Shown in pieces: positions 56,701 through 64,000 of a DNA stretch of 64,000 nt (the first letter of the stretch is position 1; each line of letters starts with the position of its first letter). A program made the position numbers and the translations under genes. Source of the stretch: Octopus vulgaris. Taxonomy: Eukaryota. The stretch is taken from positions 77,996,001-78,060,000 of the forward strand of contig OX597817.1 in assembly GCA_951406725.2 (NCBI GenBank), given 5' to 3'. Under the pieces are notes generated by a model, which had not been told where the DNA came from, made no database searches, and saw only the letters and a list, made by a program, of their open reading frames with translations.

Positions 56701-56843
56701 ATTGGTTTTCTTTATTTCTTTACTGTAAAAAATTTTTGTTCAATAAAATATTACGAAATAAAAAGAAATTTTGTACTATAAAAATTCCTAAATAAAAGGT
56801 TATTGCTTCTACCACACCTTGTATGTATGTGTATATGCATGTG

Positions 56844-56969
<126 letters not shown>

Positions 56970-56976
56970 TAAATAT

Positions 56977-58014
56977 ATGTAAGCTCACGAGGAATGAAGC
57001 CAGTATGCTCTCCGATGGATGTGTAATGTCAGTGTACTTACTCGACAGAGTGTAAGTACCTTGAAAGAAAAGTTGGATCTAAGAAGCATCAGCTGTGGTG
57101 TGCAAGGGAGATGATTGCGCTGGTATGGTCATGTGATGAGAATGGATGAAGATAGGTGTGTGAAAAAGTGCCAATGCCTAGCGGTTGAGGGAACCCATGG
57201 AAGAGGTAGACCCAGGAAAAGCTGGGACAAGATGGTGAAGCACGATCTTCGAACATTAGGCCTTACCCAGGCAATGACTAGTGACCGAGATCTTTGGAAA
57301 TATGCTGTGTGTGAGAAGACCCGGCAGGACAAGTGAGTCCATCCCGTGTCCCTTGCCAGGGATGTAGCCAGCCCATTTATGCATGCCTTTCCTTCCCTGG
57401 ACACGTGAAGATCTGTTGAGGCAAGTGAAGTCGAAATTGAATTTGAAATCGAACCTCATCCAACGACTGGCATCCATGCCAATCTCCCTTCATAGGACAC
57501 TAAACTCTGCTTGTGAAGACCTGTTAGGGCAAGTGAAATCAGAATCGAAATTGAACCAATCCTATGACTGGCACCTGGCAGTTGCCGGTGCCACTGGACT
57601 GTCTCCTGTGCAGGTGGCAAGTAAAGAAACACCGTTTCGACCCTGTGCTTGAGGAGACCTATTGAGTCAAGTACACAAACATCAAAATCAATGGAAATTA
57701 TAGTTGTGATCCCTGTGCCAGTGGCACTTAAAAAGTACCATTCGAACGTGGTCGATGCCAGTGCCGCCTTGACTGGCTTCTGTGCCGATGGCACTTAAAA
57801 AGCACCAATCCGATCATGGCTGTTGCCAGCCTCGCCTGGCATGTAAAAAGCACCCACTACACTCACGGAGTGGCTGGCGTTAGGAAGGGCATCCAGCTGT
57901 AGAAACACTGCCAGATCAGACTGGAGCTTGGTGCACCCTTCTGGCTTCCCAGTTCTCTGTCGAACCGTCCAACCCATGCTAGCATGGAGAATGGACATTA
58001 AATGATGATGATGA
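56977..58014 (+). mobile_element. 5'-truncated RTE LINE: ORF C-terminus (to 57336) plus 3' UTR containing the D modules
   Basis: [47 protein letters not shown], continuous into the module array and (gat)n tail. Confidence 0.9.
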
Positions 58015-58037
58015 TATACATAAATATATACATAAAT

Positions 58038-58346
58038 ATCCGATCGTGGCTGTCTGCCAGCCTTGCCTGGCCTCCGTGCCGGTGGCACGTAAAAAGCACC
58101 ATCCGACCGTGGCCGTTTGCCAGCCTCGTCTGGCACCTGTGCCGGTGGCATGTAAAAAGCACCCATTACACTTATGGAGTGGCTGGCGTTAGGAAGGGCA
58201 TCCAGCCGTAGAAACATTGCCAGATTGGACTGGGCCTGTTGCAGCCTTCTGGCTTCCCAGACCCCAGTCGCACCGTGCAACCCATGCCAGCGTGGAAAGC
58301 AGACACTAAATGATGATGATGGGGATGATGATGATGATGATGATGA
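58038..58346 (+). mobile_element. Second family D 3' end in tandem
   Basis: Closely similar to 28140-28495. Confidence 0.88.
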
Positions 58347-58368
58347 TATATATATATATATATATTAT

Positions 58369-58628
58369 ATAGAGGGCATTACTATACATAAATGCCATAT
58401 GCTAGGAGGGACTCTTAAAGTCAAAACTACCAAAATAAATAAACACATAGTATCTCATTCCGTAAATTTTTTTTATTTATATGCATGCTAATACACAAGC
58501 TATGTTGGACTCCTCATTCGTATAATCATCAAATGTGAAGCTTAACTATAGTCTGTCCATAGAACTTACTCAGCATCACCTGTCTCCTTTGGGTCTTCTT
58601 GACACCATTACCTCTAATACCATCAATA
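58369..58628. mobile_element. Second (TA)n-flanked copy of the 53032-53400 family, without the hammerhead part
   Basis: Shares gcttaactatagtctgt.catag.acttactcagcat..gggtcttcttgacaccattacctct. Confidence 0.7.
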
Positions 58629-58643
58629 CATACATACATACAT

Positions 58644-58686
<43 letters not shown>

Positions 58687-58688
58687 CG

Positions 58689-58723
<35 letters not shown>

Positions 58724-60000
58724 CACACACGCACATATAAATCTTTACAGTTTAAGTCTATCTAAATTCTAATCTTATTCATACAAAGCAAAGCACTTCC
58801 AGAGTACCACACAGTAACACACTCAAATACTGCTTTACATAACATCACTCACAGTCTTATTCTGCATCACACAGCCTGTCACCGCCACCACTGCCATTAC
58901 TGCTGCACCCCCCACCTTCACCTTACAGCTCACATCTTCACAGTGAAATAACTTAGCACCATGTGATACCATACCATATGCCACATTACAGCATATCATA
59001 CCATCCCACACCACATTGAACCAAATTGCTCACCTCTAATAACATACCACATGACACTAGAGTACACTGCAATAACGGCTACACTGCATGACCAGACAAC
59101 ACTGCACCAGACCTAAGCATACCCTAACCACCTGCCCTTAAACACACCTCCAAACAAACCTGAGATATATAACTAACACACATATCCACAAATAAGGATA
59201 CATATACATAGATACATACAAATGTGTGTGTATATGTATATATATATATAGATATAGATATATTTGCATACAAAGACACACACACATATATATATGAACA
59301 AGCATACATGTACACACACACAGATGTATCTCCATCTGTCTCTTTTCTTACTCCCTTCTGCTCTCTCTCACTCTCTCTTTCCCCTCTCTGTATATGTGTG
59401 TGTTTTGTGTTTAAGTGTTTGTGTGTTTACACACATATATGCTTACATATGTATCTGTAAGTATGTGTGCATGTACATATATCTATATATCTATACACAT
59501 ACATGCATATACAAGTGTATCCATATATGCGTGTATATATATATATATATACATACACGCACACACATGCATATACTACTTATATAGCTATATGTATACA
59601 CATGTTCACATACAAATATATATATACATGTCTGTATAAATGCATATATCTTCCCATATGTCTTTTTCTTCACACCCTCATCCACCAGTCTACACCCCTT
59701 GCCTGTCAGGAACATCAGTAGTGAAGTGAAATACTTGCTGTATTTATAATGAACTGTTGGCCCTAATCAGAGCATTATCTTAAGAGACAGTCAAACCGCA
59801 CAAGTGTTATATTACCTCAATAACCCTAGTCCTTTGCACAGAGTCTTACACGCAATCTTGCATGATTCCTAATTACTCCAGCCTTTATTGCCAAGCCATA
59901 CATGCATGCCTGCCTTTGTGTATGCATGTGTGTATCTATGTATCTATCTAGGGATATATATATATATATACATACACACACATACCTACACATACATAGT

Positions 60001-60051
<51 letters not shown>

Positions 60052-61096
60052 ATATATACATAGATATATATATGTGTGCGTCAGAGACAGAGTGTGTGTA
60101 TGTGGGATTTTTGTATTTTATCCTTGTTCTACATATTTCTATGTGTTGGTATGTAGAATTCTATGTGTTTATACATGTGCATATACATGAGTGTGTACAT
60201 GCTTGCATGTATGCCTGAATATATGTACATTGGTATACATACTTGCAAACACACGCACACACACATATGTATGTATAAATATGTGTAAGGATGTATGTAT
60301 GTATTGATATGATTATGTGTATAAGTGTATGAATTTTTGCATGCACAAGTACTTCTTTCTATGTGTGATTTTGCATATGTGTTTACAGATATATATTCCT
60401 GTATGACCAATAAATCAATTATGTCTGTCAATGCCCTCCTAATCTTGAGTAAAGATTATTTCCTTTCCACTCCTGGTTAAAGGCTTTCCTCTGTTTCCTC
60501 CATAATTCCTGACTTTCGGGTGCTTAGACCCCAATTATTCAAATCTATCCAATACACCTTTCCTGTATTTTTTTTATTATCATCCCCTTCTTTTTTGCTT
60601 GTTTGTCTGTCTGCAGTTTTTTGGTTTTTTTCTTTTGTTATTTTTGTGATAAATGGAGTTCTCTTAGATACATTCTGAATGCATTTTTCCTCTGTCTTCT
60701 GACATACATTTTCTGAATGTGTCCGTGTGTCCATCCTTAAATCCTTTTCTACTGTAGCAAAATAAGAAACCAAGGTGACAAATTGCCAAGTTAAAATCAC
60801 GGCTTAGCAACAGCTTTTTTATGTGATCGGCTGATTTATGGGCCAACCAGCATTGAATCATCACATGATGTATCGTTCTAGAAACTGCTAGAAGATCTCT
60901 TTACAAATCTAATAGATAGACACGTTTTGAGTGCCAAACTTCAGTTTGGGATCACCCTCAACTAAACTAACCACATCCTCATTGTACTGCTTTTAATACT
61001 TATTTACACAACCTGGACAGCAGCTAAGTTCGCTGACAGGAACCTAGTGGGGATACTTTCTCTTGTCTCGGCAACTTAATTACAGAGCTTTCTTAA

Positions 61097-61320
61097 CCCT
61101 TTAACATTTAATCTGGTCATATCTGGCTCTAATATTCAACCTGTTTCATGAGCAAACAAACTGACCACGTCTGACCTCTCATACCTGCTCTACAATGTCA
61201 TTTTAAAAATAAATAACCACGTCATTGATATCTCAAAGCTGCAAGATGATGCATGATTAATTCAAAACAATGTGAGTAAATAAGCATTGCATTTGACAGA
61301 GTAATCTGAATACTAAAGGA
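61097..61320. mobile_element. piggyBac-type MITE
   Basis: TTAA-ccctttaacattta ... tgaatactaaagga-TTAA: TTAA on both sides with imperfect CCC-start TIRs. Confidence 0.75.
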
Positions 61321-61349
61321 TTAATTAACTATTTGTAAAATAAAAAGAG

Positions 61350-61678
61350 GGTAAAGACCCCTTTCAGTCATGAATGACCTTGGGATTGCACCTAGAAAAT
61401 TCCACTTTGTGGCACAAGTCCAGGCAAGGTTGTCTATGGAAGACCAGCGGTCGCCCATACATAGCAGCCTCTCCTTTCCATGCCACTGATGTTATTATGC
61501 AAAGGCCAATACAGCTTGGCACCAGTGATGTTGCAACTCATTTCTACAGCTGAGTGAACTGGAGTAACATGAAATAAAGTGCCTTGCTCAAGAATAGAAC
61601 ATACAGCCTGGTCCAGGAATCGAACTCATTGCTTTATGACTGTGAACCCAATGCTTTAACTACTGAGCCATGCACCTT
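61350..61678 (-). mobile_element. SINE C with a distinct tail
   Basis: Minus strand ggtgcatggctcagtagttaaagc..gagttcgattcctggacc..ttcttgagcaaggcac. Confidence 0.8.
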
Positions 61679-62079
61679 GTACACGTAACAGCTACAGAAT
61701 TGTTCTCCCAGTGTATAAACTTTGTTGTCACATCTTTAATTCTTAACCATCATGGAAAATATTTGTGCAGTGAAATAAAATTCTGTAAATTGTTCATAAG
61801 ATTTGTGCATTAATTATATGCAGCTTGAACTCAGCTCTACCACCAGCATCTCATATCTGTCATGACAATAGTTAACAACATCTTGTGACAATTACAATTC
61901 TATAACCTTGACAATGTCTTATAGTCAAGTTTCTGGGAGCGTTTCTTATATTCATTGCTTTTCCACATACATTTGTTCATTTTAGGTCTATCTTAGTACG
62001 AAATGTTGGCATGAGTAATATTGAGACATAGATGCCCTTTCTGTCACATATACTTTTCTGTTTTCAAGCAAGAAATCTT

Positions 62080-62425
62080 TTATTACCTTTGCCTTAGCAA
62101 AGGCGGAAGTATTGTTTTCAGTCATGTTTGTTTGTTTGTTTGTCTGTGGACAAGATATCTCAAGAACCGCTGGATGGATTCAGATGAAACTTTCAGGGAT
62201 GTTTGGCCTCATGACTGGCACAAACTTACTAGATTTCGGAATCAATCTGATTCTGGACAAGGATTCTAGATTATTTTCCCGTTTTTTTTCTTTTTTTATT
62301 TAATTTTTGAGATTGGTCAAGTTCATTTTTAGTAATCTTGTTTGTGAGAGCAGTTGAGTTTATTTCAGATATTCTCATTAAAAAAAAACATCTTTGGCTA
62401 ATTGTTGAGAGGACGTTGGTATTGC
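62080..62425 (+). mobile_element. Helentron/DINE-1-like HINE, 3'-truncated
   Basis: tacctttgccttagcaaaggcggaagta, (tttg)n, body matches 34591 and 40091. Confidence 0.75.
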
Positions 62426-62479
62426 TCTTGCTTCAAATGTGTTTGAGAGCATGGAATGAACTGAGAATTTGTTGGCTGA

Positions 62480-63650
62480 TACAAGTACCTCTGACTGGCT
62501 CCCGGTGGCATGTAAAAAGTACTATCTGAGCATGATCGATGCCAGGGCTACCTGACTGGCTCCTGTGCTAGTGCCACATAAAAAGCACCATCTGAATGTG
62601 GCTGAAGCCAATACCCCCGATTGGTTCCTGTGCTGGTGACACATAGAAATCACCTACTACACCCTAGGAGTGGTTGGAATTAGGGAGAGCATCCAGCTGT
62701 AGAAACATTGCCAGATCAGATTGAAGCCTGGTGCAGCTGCTGGCTCTTCAGATCTCAGTCAAAACCGTCCAACACATGCCAGTATGGAAAACGGACATTA
62801 AACAATGATGATGATGATGAAAAGTGACAACAGTAATACCACCTGAAGAGATCATCTTTCAGAGTGTGCAAATGTAATCCAATACATAGACAAACACATG
62901 CATGTACATTCATATATCTTTTATTTGTTTTAGTTTTTAAATTGCAGCCCAGGGCCAACTATTTTCTTTTTAAGCCTGGTACTTAATCTATTGGTTTCTT
63001 CATGCTCCAGGCCACTCAGCTTGCAAAAACTAAGTAATCCTGTAATGGACCAGCATCCCGTCAAGGTGAGGAATATATATATAGGTCATTGCCAGTGCCG
63101 CCTGACTGGCTCCCATGCTGGTGACTCGTAAAATGCACCATTTGAGCATCATCATCGCCAGTGCTGCCTGACTGGCTCCCATGCTGGTGTCATCTAAAAT
63201 GCACCCATCACACTCTCAGAGTGGTTGGCATTAGAAAGGGCATCCAGCTGTAGAAATCTTGCCAGATAAGACTGGAGCCTGATACAGCCTTCTGGACTTG
63301 TGCCACAAAGTGGAATTTTCTAAGTGCGATCCCAAGGTCATTCATAACTGAAGGGGGTCTTTAACTTCTTTTCTTTTTTTACAAATATTTAATTGATCCT
63401 TTAGTATTCAGATTATTTAAGCATGGTTAATGCTAGTACCACCTGACTGGCCCTCATACTGGTGTCACGTAAAAAGCACCCACTACACTCTTGGAGTGGT
63501 TGGTATTAGAAAGGGTATCCAGCTGTAGATATCTTACCAGATCAGATTGGAGCCTGGTACAACCTTCCGGCTTGCCAGTCCACAGTCAAATCATCCAACC
63601 CATGCCATCATGGAAAGTGGATGTTAAACAATGATGATGATAATGATGAT
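62480..63650 (+). mobile_element. Cluster of family D elements (about 62480-62820, 63085-63300 and 63420-63650)
   Basis: Module arrays; termini ending (gat)n at about 62820 and 63650. Confidence 0.8.
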
Positions 63651-64000
63651 GCCACAGAATCTAAGGAAGCAGCCTTATAAGTCTGTGGCTTTGGAGGGAC
63701 TTTGATCAATTTTGGCATGTGTGTGAGTGTATGTATATTTATGTCATTTTGACTTGACATAGCTCAATAATTGTAACTGAACGTCCCTGTCATACAAGCA
63801 ATGCCAATCGTTTTCAACATTCTGCAAGAAAATGTCTAGTCATGGAGAAATATTACCTTACTTGGAAACAGGTGAGGGTTGATAACTGGGAGGGCATCTG
63901 GCTATAGAAAATCTACACATGCTTCTTTAAAACTCCATCAAGCCCTTGCAAGCATGGTAAAGTAGACAGCCTATCTCTCTCTCTTTCTCCATATGCATAT

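Noticed and set aside
58860-59125. Degenerate pentamer-periodic (ACCAT/ACCAC-like) tract
   Set aside because: Looks like a decayed simple repeat with no higher-order structure.
60477-60800. 107-aa K/E-rich minus-strand ORF
   Set aside because: Non-ATG start, composition driven by A-rich runs, no recognisable domain or splice support; a small exon cannot be excluded without RNA data.

Overview
Very AT-rich eukaryotic DNA made almost entirely of microsatellites and transposable-element debris. The repeat repertoire (tRNA-headed SINEs with CORE-like and Meta-like central domains, RTE LINEs with (GAT)n tails, mariner/maT remnants, abundant (TA)n/(TAA)n) looks like an octopus genome; this is an inference. 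I recognise no host protein-coding exon, so the window is probably intergenic or a very large intron, and nearly all listed ORFs are microsatellite artefacts. Supported elements: three SINE families (here A, B, C), RTE fragments with a modular 3' tail (D), a stack of R4/Dong-like retrotransposon 3' ends in (TAA)n at 30.4-32.8 kb, mariner/maT/Tc1 remnants and MITEs, a piggyBac-type MITE, a non-autonomous Helitron and three Helentron/DINE-1-like elements. The most interesting signal is a dispersed set of short (TA)n-embedded elements with long fold-back hairpins and minimal type I hammerhead-ribozyme-like motifs (clearest at 53096-53143 on the minus strand; others near 12.3, 52.9, 2.95 and 0.75 kb), plus a Penelope-type GIY-YIG remnant inside a 143-bp inverted repeat at 43.3-43.8 kb. 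Together they suggest a Penelope-like/retrozyme-like, microsatellite-targeting retroelement system. All calls were made by eye with no database searches; most boundaries are approximate.
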